Under the pieces are notes generated by a model that did no database searches, was not told the DNA's origin, and saw only the letters and a list, made by a program, of their open reading frames with translations. Positions 37,692 to 51,585 of a stretch of DNA of 64,000 nt are shown in pieces. Source of the DNA: Alphaproteobacteria bacterium (GTDB lineage: Bacteria > Pseudomonadota > Alphaproteobacteria > Bin95); NCBI GenBank assembly GCA_965205265.1, contig CBDBGH010000003.1, positions 224,001 through 288,000 of the forward strand, written 5' to 3'. Positions within the stretch are counted from its first letter, which is position 1. Each line of letters opens with the position of its first letter. Both the position numbers and the translations under genes were made by a program.

Positions 37692-39119
37692 ATGCAGCGG
37701 CGTACGCGGGAAGAGAACCTGCAAGCGATTGAAAGGGTTGTGCAAGGCCGCCATGAAGGCGTGACCATGCAGGAGGTCGCCGCTGCGCTGGAGGCCGCGC
37801 CGCCGCGCAGGACCCTGCAATACCGCCTCAAGACCCTCGTCGACAGCGGACGCCTCGTCATGGAAGGCTCGGGCCGGTGGGCGCGCTACCGGGCTCCGAC
37901 ACTGATGCTGTCGGAGTTACCGGACTTCCTCGTTCTGGCGGAGCCGGAGCGCCCGTTTGGAGGAGCCGCTCCGGAGAAGCCCGCAGCAGAAGCGCAACCG
38001 CTATCCGGGGCGGGCGCGGAGATTCTGGAATATGTGCGGCGCCCGGTAGCGGCCCGCCAGCCGGTCGGCTACGACCCGGACTTCCTGTTCTCCTACCGGC
38101 CCAATGAAAGCTTCTACCTGTCCGAGGACGAGCGTGCGCAACTTCGGGAAACCGGCCGCGCAAGTGTCGGGGAACAGCCCGCGGGCACCTACGCCAAGCA
38201 GATACTCAACCGGCTGCTGATCGACCTTTCATGGAACTCGAGCCGCCTCGAGGGCAACACCTATTCGCTGCTCGACACTTGGCGCCTGATCGAGGCCGGC
38301 GAGGTGGCGGCGGGGAAGGACCGGCGCGATGCACAGATGATCCTCAACCACAAGAGCGCGATCGAGTTTCTCGTCGATGCGGCGGAAGACATCGGCTTCA
38401 ACCGCTACACGATCCTCAATCTGCATGCGGCGCTCGCGGACGACCTGCTGCCCGACCCGGATGCGCCGGGACGTTTGCGGCGAACCGGTGTGGGCATCCA
38501 CGGCTCCGTCTTCCACCCGCTGGAGGCGCCGCAGCTTGTCGAGGAGTGTTTCGACCGGATTCTCGCGTCGGCTGCCGCCATCGAGGATCCGTTCGAGCAG
38601 GCTTTCTTCGCAATGGTCCAGTTCCCGTATTTGCAGGCGTTCGACGACGTCAACAAGCGGGTGTCCCGCCTGGCGGCGAACATCCCGCATATCAGGGCGA
38701 ATCTGGCGCCCCTGTCCTTCGAGGACGTGCCGCGGGACCTCTACACGTCGGCCATCCTCGGCGTTTACGAACTGAGGCGCGTCGAATTGCTGCGCGACGT
38801 GTTCCTGTGGGCCTATCGGCGCTCGGCTGGCCGTTACGCCGCGGTGCGCCAATCGCTGGGCGAGCCCGATCCGCTCCGGCTGCGACTCCGGACGGAGTTG
38901 CGCGAACTCGTCGGCGAAGTCATTCGCGGTCGCATGGACAAGGCTGAGGCCAGTGTTCATGTCGAGGCGTGGACCGCGCGCCATGTCGACGAGCCGGACC
39001 GCGGTCGCTTTTGCGAGATTGCCGAGCGCGAACTCCTCAGCCTGCATGACGGCAATTTCGCGCGTTACCGGGTCAGGCCGTCCGAGTTTGCCGCCTGGCA
39101 GGCAGTCTGGCGCGAATAG
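37692..39119 (+). CDS. Fic-family protein with N-terminal HTH and degenerate active site
   Basis: RRTLQYRL HTH-like segment, SSRLEGN inhibitory motif, YLQAFDDVNKRVSR in place of HPFxDGNGRxxR. Confidence 0.85.
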   Translation: MQRRTREENLQAIERVVQGRHEGVTMQEVAAALEAAPPRRTLQYRLKTLVDSGRLVMEGSGRWARYRAPTLMLSELPDFLVLAEPERPFGGAAPEKPAAEAQPLSGAGAEILEYVRRPVAARQPVGYDPDFLFSYRPNESFYLSEDERAQLRETGRASVGEQPAGTYAKQILNRLLIDLSWNSSRLEGNTYSLLDTWRLIEAGEVAAGKDRRDAQMILNHKSAIEFLVDAAEDIGFNRYTILNLHAALADDLLPDPDAPGRLRRTGVGIHGSVFHPLEAPQLVEECFDRILASAAAIEDPFEQAFFAMVQFPYLQAFDDVNKRVSRLAANIPHIRANLAPLSFEDVPRDLYTSAILGVYELRRVELLRDVFLWAYRRSAGRYAAVRQSLGEPDPLRLRLRTELRELVGEVIRGRMDKAEASVHVEAWTARHVDEPDRGRFCEIAERELLSLHDGNFARYRVRPSEFAAWQAVWRE

Positions 39120-39140
39120 AGGGCAGGTCCGGCTTCCTTG

Positions 39141-40349
39141 CTAACGTCGCCGTTCCGTCAGCGCGACGCCGGCTTCTATGAGAGTCTCGATCTCGGCCCC
39201 TGCATAGCCGGCTTCGGCCAGCACCTCGCGCGTCGCGTTGCCGAAGAAGGGCGGGGCGGTGCGCACGCTGCCGGGCGTGCGCGAGAGCTTGGCGGCGATG
39301 CCGGGCGCCTCCCATTCGTCGCCCTCGACCGAAGCGCGCATGCCCCGGTGCAGTGTGTGCGGGTGGGTGAAGACCTCGGGAATGGCGTTGACCGGCCCGG
39401 CCGGGACGCCCTGGCGGAGCAGCGTCTCGCAGAGCGCATCGCATTCGAAATCCGCGAGCTTCGCTTCCAGCAGCGGCTTGAGCTCGGCGCGGTGGCGCGA
39501 CCGGGCGGCATTGTCCGCAAAGCGCGGGTCCTCCGCGAGTTCGCCGGCGCCGATGGCGGCGCAGAAGCGCGCCCACTGGCCGTTGTTTCCGATGGCGAGG
39601 AAGGCCTGTTTGTCGCGCGTCCGGAAGGCGTCATAGGGGTAGATATTGGGGTGTGCATTGCCGGTGATCGCCGGCGCCCTACCGGACATGAGCCAGTTCG
39701 GCGCCTGCGGGTGCAGCAGCGCAACGGCGCAGTCGTAGAGCGTGAGATCGAGGAACTGGCCGCGGCCGGACCGCTCGCGTTCGAGCAGTGCCATGAGGAT
39801 GGCGATGACAGCATTCAGGCCAGTGCCCATATCCACCATCGGCGTGCCGACGCGCACGGGCCCGCTTTCGGGCGAGCCGTTCACGCTCATCATGCCGGAC
39901 ATCGCTTGGATCACGGCGTCGTAACCGGGAAAGCCGCCGAGCGGCCCGTCCGCGCCGAAGCCGGTGATCCGGCAATGCACCAGCCGGGGGAAGCGCCGGC
40001 TCAGCACCTCCTCGTAGCCGAGGCCCCATTTCTCCAGCGTGCCGGGCTTGAAGTTCTCGGCGATGACATCCGCGCCTTCCAGCAGGCGCAGCAGCACCGC
40101 CTTGCCCTCGTCCCTGGAAAGGTCGAGGCCGATGGAGCGCTTGTTGCGGTTGACGCCCTGGAAATAGGCCGCCTCGCCGTCGGTGCGGAAGGGCGGCCCC
40201 CAGTCGCGCGTCTCGTCGCCCTGCGGCGGCTCGACCTTGACGACCTCCGCGCCGTGGTCGGCGAGGATCATGGTGCAATAGGGGCCGCCCAGCACCCTCG
40301 TGCAGTCGATCACGCGGTAGCCGGCGAGCGCGCCTGCGGAATGCGGCAT
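39141..40349 (-). CDS. CaiB/BaiF class III CoA-transferase
   Basis: IDCTRVLGGP, GDETRDWGPP, NRNKRS, ENFKPG, ITGFG. Confidence 0.92.
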   Translation of the reverse strand: MPHSAGALAGYRVIDCTRVLGGPYCTMILADHGAEVVKVEPPQGDETRDWGPPFRTDGEAAYFQGVNRNKRSIGLDLSRDEGKAVLLRLLEGADVIAENFKPGTLEKWGLGYEEVLSRRFPRLVHCRITGFGADGPLGGFPGYDAVIQAMSGMMSVNGSPESGPVRVGTPMVDMGTGLNAVIAILMALLERERSGRGQFLDLTLYDCAVALLHPQAPNWLMSGRAPAITGNAHPNIYPYDAFRTRDKQAFLAIGNNGQWARFCAAIGAGELAEDPRFADNAARSRHRAELKPLLEAKLADFECDALCETLLRQGVPAGPVNAIPEVFTHPHTLHRGMRASVEGDEWEAPGIAAKLSRTPGSVRTAPPFFGNATREVLAEAGYAGAEIETLIEAGVALTERRR

Positions 40350-40495
40350 GGCAGCGGGACTCCTCGGGAAACGGAGGGAAGGCGCGAAACCTAGCGGCTG
40401 CGGCGGCGGTGCGAAAGCGCCGGCCTCCAGGGCCCGTCTTGATGCTGCCGGCCTCCTCGTCTAGCTACAGGGACGGCGGAGCGGGGAGGACAAGC

Positions 40496-41836
40496 ATGAA
40501 CCTGTCGAGAATGCTGGCGGCGCGGGCCGCCGAGGGACGGCCGGTGCGGGTCGGCGTCATCGGCTGCGGCAAGTTCGGAGCCATGTTCCTCTCCCAGGCC
40601 GGGCGGACGACGGGCATGCATGTCGCCGGCGTGGCCGACCTGGACCTGGACCGGGCGCGTTCGCAACTGGCGCGCATCAACTGGCCGGCGGAACGCTACG
40701 GCGCCGCGTCCTTCGCGGACGCCTTCGGAGACGGCACGACGTTCCTCACCGAAGACGCGCAGGAGCTCATCGGGGCCGACGGCATCGAGGTGATCGTCGA
40801 AGCGACGGGCAATCCGCCTGCGGGCATCCGCCATGCGCTCGCCTGCTTCGAGGCCGGGCGGCATGTCGTCATGGTGAATGTCGAGGCCGATGTGCTTGCC
40901 GGGCCCCTGCTCGCGCGCAGGGCAGCCGACGCGGGCGTGGCCTGCGCCATGGCCTATGGCGACCAGCCGGCGCTGATCTACGAGATGGTGGACTGGGCGC
41001 GCACCTGCGGCCTCGAGGTCGTGGCGGCCGGCAAGGGCACCAAGCATATGGCGCATTACCACCAGTCCACCCCGGAGACCGTGTGGGAATATTACGGCAT
41101 CGACGCCGAACGGGCGGCGCTCGGCGGCATGAACGCGCAAATGTTCAACTCCTTCGTGGACGGCACCAAGTCCGGCATCGAGATGGCGGCCGTCGCCAAC
41201 GCCACCGGATTGAATGTGCCGCGCAAGGGCCTCTCCTTCCGCCCCGCCTCCGTTTACGAGCTTGCGGACCTGCTGAGGCCCGAGGCCGACGGCGGCACGC
41301 TGGAAGGGCGCGGCGGCTATGTGGAGGTGATCTCCTGCTTCGGCGCAAACGGCCAGGAGGTGCCGCACAACCTGCGCCAGGGGGTCTATGTCACCTTCGC
41401 CGGGGCGGATGAATATGTGCAGCGCTGCTTCGCCGAATACCATGTCTCCACCGACGAGAGCGGCGAATATGCGGCGCTCTGGCGGCCCTCGCACCTGATC
41501 GGGCTGGAGCTTGGCGTGTCAGTGGCAACGGCCGCGCTGCGCGGCGAGTCGACCGGCCATGCGGAGGGCTGGGCCGGCGATGTCGTCGCCACGGCGAAAC
41601 GGGACCTCCGGGCCGGCGAAGTGCTGGACGGGGAGGGCGGCTATTGCGTCTGGGGCAGGCTGATGCCGTCGGCCGACTCGCTGGCGCTCGGCGGCCTGCC
41701 CATCGGCCTCGCCCACGGCGTGCGGCTCCGCAACGCCATACCCTTCGGCCGGCCGGTGACCTGGGACGATGTGGAGATCGACCCGAAGGACCCGACCGTC
41801 GCCTTCCGGCGCGAAATGGAACGCGCCTTCGCTTGA
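40496..41836 (+). CDS. NAD(P)-dependent oxidoreductase, homoserine dehydrogenase-like with C-terminal SAF domain
   Basis: GCGKFG, VEATG, NVEAD, GDQP, DGTKS..EM, AKRDL.AGEVLDGEGGY. Confidence 0.82.
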   Translation: MNLSRMLAARAAEGRPVRVGVIGCGKFGAMFLSQAGRTTGMHVAGVADLDLDRARSQLARINWPAERYGAASFADAFGDGTTFLTEDAQELIGADGIEVIVEATGNPPAGIRHALACFEAGRHVVMVNVEADVLAGPLLARRAADAGVACAMAYGDQPALIYEMVDWARTCGLEVVAAGKGTKHMAHYHQSTPETVWEYYGIDAERAALGGMNAQMFNSFVDGTKSGIEMAAVANATGLNVPRKGLSFRPASVYELADLLRPEADGGTLEGRGGYVEVISCFGANGQEVPHNLRQGVYVTFAGADEYVQRCFAEYHVSTDESGEYAALWRPSHLIGLELGVSVATAALRGESTGHAEGWAGDVVATAKRDLRAGEVLDGEGGYCVWGRLMPSADSLALGGLPIGLAHGVRLRNAIPFGRPVTWDDVEIDPKDPTVAFRREMERAFA

Positions 41837-41847
41837 CGGGAAAGCCC

Positions 41848-42975
41848 GTGTCCCAATCCAACGCGGGGCCGCTGCCGGCATGGCGCGCGCAGGTGGCGGC
41901 GAAGGCGCTGAGCGGCGACCCCGACCAGGAGGCCTGCGCGCGGGCGCTTCAGGATCTGCATGACGCCCTGGGGGCCTTTGCCGCCGCGGGCAGGGCAGGC
42001 GGGTTTCTGGCCCGGCTCGGCCTCATGCGCCGCAGCGAACCGGCTACGGAGGCGCCGAAGGGCATCTACATCCACGGGGCGGTCGGGCGCGGCAAGTCCA
42101 TGCTGATGGACCTCTTCTTCGAGACCGCCCCCGTCGCGGCCAAGCGCCGGGTGCATTTCCACGCCTTCATGGCCGAAGTGCATGACCGCGCCCACCGGAT
42201 GCGGAAGCGCGCCGGCGACCCGATTCCGGGCCTCGCTGCGGCGGTTGCGGACGAAGCGGCCCTGCTCTGCTTCGACGAGTTCCAAGTGGACAATATCGCG
42301 GATGCGATGATCCTCGGCCGCCTGTTCGAAGAGCTGCTGGCGCGGGAGGTCGTCGTGGTCGCAACGTCCAATACCCCGCCGGCGGACCTCTATCGCAACG
42401 GCCTGCAGCGCGAGCGGTTCCTGCCTTTCATCGACATGCTGCAGCGGCGCCTGCGTGTGCTCGAACTGGCCGGAGACGGGGACCACAGGCTGGCGCGGTT
42501 GAGAGGGCGCCGGGTCTATCACGCACCGCTCGACGCCGGGGCGGCCGCCGAGCTCGACCGGGCGTTCCGCGACCTCACCGACATGGAGCAGGGCGTGCCT
42601 GAGACCGTGTCTGTCCGAGGGCGCGAGATCGCCGTGCCGGAAGCCGCGCGCGGCGTGGCGCGCTTCCATTTCGACGAGCTGTGCCGCCAGCCGCTCGGCG
42701 CCGGCGACTATCTGGCGCTGGCCGCCCGGTTCCATACATTCATCATCGCGGGCGTGCCGGCGATGCGCCCGGAAGACCGCAACGAGGCGCGGCGCTTCAT
42801 CAACCTGATCGACGCCCTTTACGAAGCGCGCTGCAACCTCGTGCTGTCGGCCGCGACCGGCCCCGACAAGCTCTATCCCCAAGGCCTCGGAGCCGACATA
42901 TTTCGCCGCACGACATCGCGCTTGATAGAGATGCAGGCAGAGGACTATATCGCCCGCCGCCATCTGGCTGCCTGA
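41848..42975 (+). CDS. zapE: AFG1/ZapE family ATPase
   Basis: GAVGRGKSMLMD, RVHFHAFM, CFDEFQV, ATSN, RRFINLID. Confidence 0.92.
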   Translation: MSQSNAGPLPAWRAQVAAKALSGDPDQEACARALQDLHDALGAFAAAGRAGGFLARLGLMRRSEPATEAPKGIYIHGAVGRGKSMLMDLFFETAPVAAKRRVHFHAFMAEVHDRAHRMRKRAGDPIPGLAAAVADEAALLCFDEFQVDNIADAMILGRLFEELLAREVVVVATSNTPPADLYRNGLQRERFLPFIDMLQRRLRVLELAGDGDHRLARLRGRRVYHAPLDAGAAAELDRAFRDLTDMEQGVPETVSVRGREIAVPEAARGVARFHFDELCRQPLGAGDYLALAARFHTFIIAGVPAMRPEDRNEARRFINLIDALYEARCNLVLSAATGPDKLYPQGLGADIFRRTTSRLIEMQAEDYIARRHLAA

Positions 42976-43016
42976 ACCGCGCGCCCCCGGCGCCATCCTC
43001 CCCGCGAGGTGCCCTC

Positions 43017-44285
43017 ATGCCCGCTTATCTGGGGCCCATCCTGCCGATCCTGGCGGCGGCGGCATTGCTGCAACTCGGCAACGGGTTGCTCGCCACCCTT
43101 ATCGGCGTGCGGCTGGAAGGCGCCGGCTTCGCCGCATCCGTGACGGGGCTGGTGACCACCGCCTATTTCGCCGGGCAGCTCGCCGGGTCCAGCCTGTCGG
43201 GCGGCGTCATCAACCGCGTCGGCCACATTCGCGCCTTCGCCAGCTTTGCGACGGTGCTCTCGGCGGCGGCGCTCATCTATGCGCTCGCGGGCGGGCCGTT
43301 CGTGTGGTCCGCGGTCAGGTTCGCCAACGGTTTCGCGATGGCGGGCGTGCTGCTGGCGATGGAGAGCTGGCTCAACCACGTCTCCGGCAATGCCAGGCGG
43401 GGCTCCGCGCTCTCGATCTACATGGCGGTGTGCTATGCGGCGCTCAGCGTCGGGCCGCTGCTGATGACGATAGAGGAGCCGGAGGGGTTCGCGCTGTTCA
43501 GCATCGCCTCGATACTGATGGGCCTGTCGCTGCTTCCGATGTCGCTCTCGAACCGGGCGCAGCCCGGCGTTGCCCAGCCCTCGCGGCTGCGCTTCCGGGA
43601 CCTCGTGCGCATCTCGCCGCTAGGGATTGCGGGCGCCGTGCTGGCAGGCGCGATGATTGCGCCCCTGGTCGGCCTGAGTTCGGTCTATGCGGTATCCGTC
43701 GGCCACGGCGTTTCCGGCGCAGCGGCGTTCTGGCTGGCCCTGATCGGCGGCGGGTTCGCGCTCTCCTTCCCCATCGGCCGGCTGTCGGACCGTATCGAGC
43801 GGCGTCTTGTGCTGGCGGGCATCTGCTTCGCGGCGCTTGCGGCCGCGCTGCTGTTCCGGGTCGTCGGCGACGGCTCGCTCGAGATGCTGATGGTCTTCGG
43901 CGCCGTGTTCGGCGGACTCGTCTTCGCCGCCTACCCGCTTGCGGCGGCCCATACCAACGACCACCTGCCGCCCGAGGACAGCGTGCCGGCGGCGGCCGGG
44001 CTGCTGATCGCCTTCGGCGCGGGCGCGGTTGCCGGGCCGCCGGTCGCGGCGCTGGCCATGGACCTCGCCGGTCCGGGGGCGCTGTTCGACAGCGTGGCCG
44101 CGATCGCCGCCGGGCTCGGCCTCTTCGCCCTCTACCGGCGCACCCGCCGGGCGGATGTCGATGAGGCCGACAAGGGCGCCTTCGTCGTGCTGCCGCGGAC
44201 CTCGCCCGCTGCCTATGAAATGGACGCCTGGTCCGGCGATGCGCCCGCTGGCGAGCCGCTTGTCGGAGAGGATGAAAGCCATTAG
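43017..44285 (+). CDS. MFS transporter (YcaD-like)
   Basis: about 12 hydrophobic segments, RVGHIRAF, ESWLN, GRLSDR, AHTND. Confidence 0.87.
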   Translation: MPAYLGPILPILAAAALLQLGNGLLATLIGVRLEGAGFAASVTGLVTTAYFAGQLAGSSLSGGVINRVGHIRAFASFATVLSAAALIYALAGGPFVWSAVRFANGFAMAGVLLAMESWLNHVSGNARRGSALSIYMAVCYAALSVGPLLMTIEEPEGFALFSIASILMGLSLLPMSLSNRAQPGVAQPSRLRFRDLVRISPLGIAGAVLAGAMIAPLVGLSSVYAVSVGHGVSGAAAFWLALIGGGFALSFPIGRLSDRIERRLVLAGICFAALAAALLFRVVGDGSLEMLMVFGAVFGGLVFAAYPLAAAHTNDHLPPEDSVPAAAGLLIAFGAGAVAGPPVAALAMDLAGPGALFDSVAAIAAGLGLFALYRRTRRADVDEADKGAFVVLPRTSPAAYEMDAWSGDAPAGEPLVGEDESH

Positions 44286-45293
<1,008 letters not shown>

Positions 45294-45408
45294 CGGGAAC
45301 GATGGGGCCGGTTTCCCCGATGCGGGCAATCGCCTCGCCGCCCCGGCGGCAAAAGAGAGAAGACGGAGCGGGTCGCATGGCAAATGCGCGCACGCGGCGC
45401 AGCGTCGG

Positions 45409-46575
45409 ATGAATATTCACGAATACCAGGCGAAAGGTGTGCTGGCGCGCTTCGACGTGCCGGTGCCGCGCGGCCATGTGGCCTACACGGTGGATGAGGC
45501 TGTCGAGGGCGCGGAAAAGCTCGGCGGGCCGGTCTGGGTCGTCAAGGCGCAGATCCACGCCGGCGGGCGCGGCAAGGCCGGCGGCGTCAAGGTCGTGCGC
45601 TCGGTTGCGGAAGTGCGCGACGCGGCAGCCGGCCTGCTGGGCACCACGCTCGTGACCCACCAGACAGGACCGGACGGGCAAACGGTCAAGCGCATATATG
45701 TGGAGGAAGGCTGCGACATCGCCCGTGAGCTTTACCTTTCCATGCTGGTGGACCGGACTCTCGGGCGCGTTACCGTCGTCGCGTCCACAGAGGGCGGCAT
45801 GAATATCGAAGAGGTGGCCGAGGCGACGCCGGAGAAGATCGTCACCTTCTCGGTCGACCCGGCGACCGGCGTGCAGCCGCATCACGGCCGCCGCGTGGCC
45901 TCCGCCTTCGGGCTCGGAGCGGCGGAGGCCCGCGGGGCGGCGGCGCTGCTCGCCAATCTCTACAGGGCGTTCACGGAGCTCGACGCCGGGCTCATCGAGA
46001 TCAATCCGCTGGTGGTGACCGGCAGCGGCGCGCTGCTTGCCCTCGATGCGAAGATGAGCTTCGACGACAATGCGCTCTTCCGCCAGCCCGGCGTGAACGA
46101 ACTGCGCGACGAGGACGAGGAAACGCCGGTGGAGCGCCAGGCGGAGGCGCTCGGCTTCAGCTATGTCAAGCTCGACGGCAATATCGGCTGCATGGTGAAC
46201 GGCGCCGGCCTCGCCATGGCGACGATGGACATCATCAAGCTGCAGGGAGCCGAGCCCGCCAACTTCCTCGATGTCGGCGGCGGCGCGGACAAGGAGCGCG
46301 TCATCAGCGCCTTCAAGATCATCCTGTCCGACCCCAATGTGGAGGCGATCCTGGTCAATATCTTCGGCGGCATCATGCAATGCGACGTGATCGCGGCCGG
46401 CGTCGTGGAAGCCGCGCATGAGGTCAGCCTCGATGTGCCGCTGGTGGTGCGCCTCGAAGGCACGAATGTGGAGCAGGGCAAGCGCATCCTCGCGCGGTCC
46501 GGGCTGCCTATAACCGCTGCGGACGACCTCGGCGAAGCGGCGGCCAAGGTCGTCGCCGCGGTCGGGGAGGGCTGA
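45409..46575 (+). CDS. sucC: succinyl-CoA synthetase beta subunit
   Basis: [44 protein letters not shown]. Confidence 0.97.
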   Translation: MNIHEYQAKGVLARFDVPVPRGHVAYTVDEAVEGAEKLGGPVWVVKAQIHAGGRGKAGGVKVVRSVAEVRDAAAGLLGTTLVTHQTGPDGQTVKRIYVEEGCDIARELYLSMLVDRTLGRVTVVASTEGGMNIEEVAEATPEKIVTFSVDPATGVQPHHGRRVASAFGLGAAEARGAAALLANLYRAFTELDAGLIEINPLVVTGSGALLALDAKMSFDDNALFRQPGVNELRDEDEETPVERQAEALGFSYVKLDGNIGCMVNGAGLAMATMDIIKLQGAEPANFLDVGGGADKERVISAFKIILSDPNVEAILVNIFGGIMQCDVIAAGVVEAAHEVSLDVPLVVRLEGTNVEQGKRILARSGLPITAADDLGEAAAKVVAAVGEG

Positions 46576-46579
46576 GACC

Positions 46580-47455
46580 GTGGCGGTGCTGATCGACGGG
46601 AACACCCGCGTGATCTGCCAGGGGATCACGGGCAGGCAGGGCACCTTCCATTCGCAGCAGGCCATCGAGTACGGGACGCAGATGGTTGGCGGGGTCGCGC
46701 CGGGCAAGGGCGGGCGCCGCCATCTCGGGCTGCCGGTCTTCGACACCGTGGCCGAGGCGAAGGCCGAGACGGGGGCCGACGCCACGGTCATCTATGTGCC
46801 GCCGCCCTTCGCGGCCGACGCGATGCTGGAGGCGGCGGCCGCGGAGATTCCGCTCATCGTCTGCATCACCGAGGGCGTGCCGGTGCTCGACATGGTGCGC
46901 GTCAAGCGGGCGCTTGCCGGTTCGGGCTCGCGGCTGATCGGGCCCAATTGCCCGGGCGCCATCACGCCGGAGGCCTGCAAGATCGGCATCATGCCGGGCC
47001 ATATCCACCGGCGCGGGCGGATCGGCATCGTCTCGCGCTCCGGCACGCTGACCTATGAGGCCGTCGCCCAGACGACCGCCGCCGGCCTCGGCCAGTCCAC
47101 CTGCATCGGCATCGGCGGCGACCCGGTCAACGGCACCGATTTCATCGATTGCCTCAGGCTCTTCCATGACGACCCGGAAACGGAGGGCATCGTCATAATC
47201 GGCGAGATCGGCGGCAGCGCGGAGGAAAACGCGGCCGCGTTTTACGCCCGGCTGCCGGCGCGCAAGCCGGCCGTGGGCTTCATCGCCGGGGCGTCGGCCC
47301 CGCCCGGCAAGCGCATGGGCCATGCCGGGGCCATCGTGTCCGGCGGCAAGGGCACGGCGGAGAACAAGATCGACGCCTTTACCGACGCCGGAATTCTGGT
47401 AAGCCGCTCGCCGGCGGCGCTCGGCGAGACCATGCTCGAGGCCCTTGGCCGCTGA
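46580..47455 (+). CDS. sucD: succinyl-CoA synthetase alpha subunit
   Basis: [32 protein letters not shown]. Confidence 0.97.
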   Translation: MAVLIDGNTRVICQGITGRQGTFHSQQAIEYGTQMVGGVAPGKGGRRHLGLPVFDTVAEAKAETGADATVIYVPPPFAADAMLEAAAAEIPLIVCITEGVPVLDMVRVKRALAGSGSRLIGPNCPGAITPEACKIGIMPGHIHRRGRIGIVSRSGTLTYEAVAQTTAAGLGQSTCIGIGGDPVNGTDFIDCLRLFHDDPETEGIVIIGEIGGSAEENAAAFYARLPARKPAVGFIAGASAPPGKRMGHAGAIVSGGKGTAENKIDAFTDAGILVSRSPAALGETMLEALGR

Positions 47456-47491
47456 CGCGCCGGCGAGAAGGCGGGAAGGAGATAACTGGCA

Positions 47492-50344
<2,853 letters not shown>

Positions 50345-50364
50345 CCGGAGGAGGAGACCGGGCG

Positions 50365-51570
50365 ATGGCGATCGAGATCCATGTGCCGCAGCTCGGCGAG
50401 AGCATCAGCGAGGCGACGGTTGCCCGCTGGATGAAGGCGCCGGGCGACGCGGTGGAGGCGGACGAGCCGCTGGTCGAGCTCGAAACCGACAAGGTCACGG
50501 TCGAGGTGCCGGCGCCCCGGACCGGCGTGCTGGAGGAGATCCTCGCGGGTGAGGGCGAGGAAGTGGAGGTCGGCGCCGTGCTGGGCCGCATGGCGGCCGG
50601 CGCCGCGCCCGCCAGGGCCGTTCCCGCACCGAAGGCGAAGGAGCCGGCCCCGGCTCCGGCGGACGCCCCGGCGCTCTCGCCGGCGGCGCGCAAGCTGCTG
50701 GCGGACAACGCCCTTGCGCCCGAGGCCGTCGCCGGCACCGGCAAGGACGGGCGGATAACCAAGGGGGACGTGCTTGCCCATCTCGAGGCCGCCGCCGCTG
50801 CGCCGCCTGCTGCGGCTCCCGCGCCGGCCCCTGCCGCTCCGGCTGCGCCGCGGGCGCCGCGCCCGGACCATCCGCGCGAGGAGCGGGTGCGGATGTCGCG
50901 CCTGCGCCGGCGCATCGCCGAACGGCTCAAGGACGCCCAGAACACCGCCGCCATGCTCACCACCTTCAACGAGGCGGACATGAGCGGCGTGGTGGCGCTT
51001 CGCCGACGCTACCGGGAGGCGTTCGAGAAGCGCCACGGCGTGCGGCTCGGCTTCATGTCCTTCTTCGTCAAGGCCTGCATCGGCGCGCTCAGGGAAATCC
51101 CCGCGGTCAATGCCGAGATCGACGGCGACGACGTCATCTACAAGAACCATTACGACATCGGCGTGGCCGTCGGCACGGCGCAGGGCCTTGTGGTGCCGGT
51201 GCTGAAGGACGCCGACGCCATGAGCTTCGCCGAGGTCGAGCGCAGCATCGCCGATCTCGGCGCAAGAGCGCGCGACGGCAAGCTCTCCATGGACGACCTC
51301 ACCGGCGGCACCTTCACGATCTCCAATGGCGGGGTTTACGGCTCGCTCATGTCGGCGCCGATCCTCAACCCGCCGCAGTCCGGCATTCTCGGCATGCACA
51401 AGATCGAGGACCGGCCGGTGGCGGTGGACGGCAAGGTGGAGATCCGGCCGATGATGTATCTGGCGCTCTCCTACGACCACCGGATCATCGACGGGTCCGA
51501 GTCCGTCACCTTCCTGGTGCGCGTCAAGGAAGCGATCGAGAATCCCGAGCGCCTGCTGCTCGACGTCTAG
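50365..51570 (+). CDS. sucB: dihydrolipoamide succinyltransferase E2
   Basis: lipoyl domain [25 protein letters not shown]. Confidence 0.97.
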   Translation: MAIEIHVPQLGESISEATVARWMKAPGDAVEADEPLVELETDKVTVEVPAPRTGVLEEILAGEGEEVEVGAVLGRMAAGAAPARAVPAPKAKEPAPAPADAPALSPAARKLLADNALAPEAVAGTGKDGRITKGDVLAHLEAAAAAPPAAAPAPAPAAPAAPRAPRPDHPREERVRMSRLRRRIAERLKDAQNTAAMLTTFNEADMSGVVALRRRYREAFEKRHGVRLGFMSFFVKACIGALREIPAVNAEIDGDDVIYKNHYDIGVAVGTAQGLVVPVLKDADAMSFAEVERSIADLGARARDGKLSMDDLTGGTFTISNGGVYGSLMSAPILNPPQSGILGMHKIEDRPVAVDGKVEIRPMMYLALSYDHRIIDGSESVTFLVRVKEAIENPERLLLDV

Positions 51571-51585
51571 GAAACGGGGAACTCC

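Noticed and set aside
50590-50870. Ala/Pro-rich repeats in sucB (also in dnaX at about 24380-24540)
   Set aside because: These are the normal flexible linkers of these proteins.
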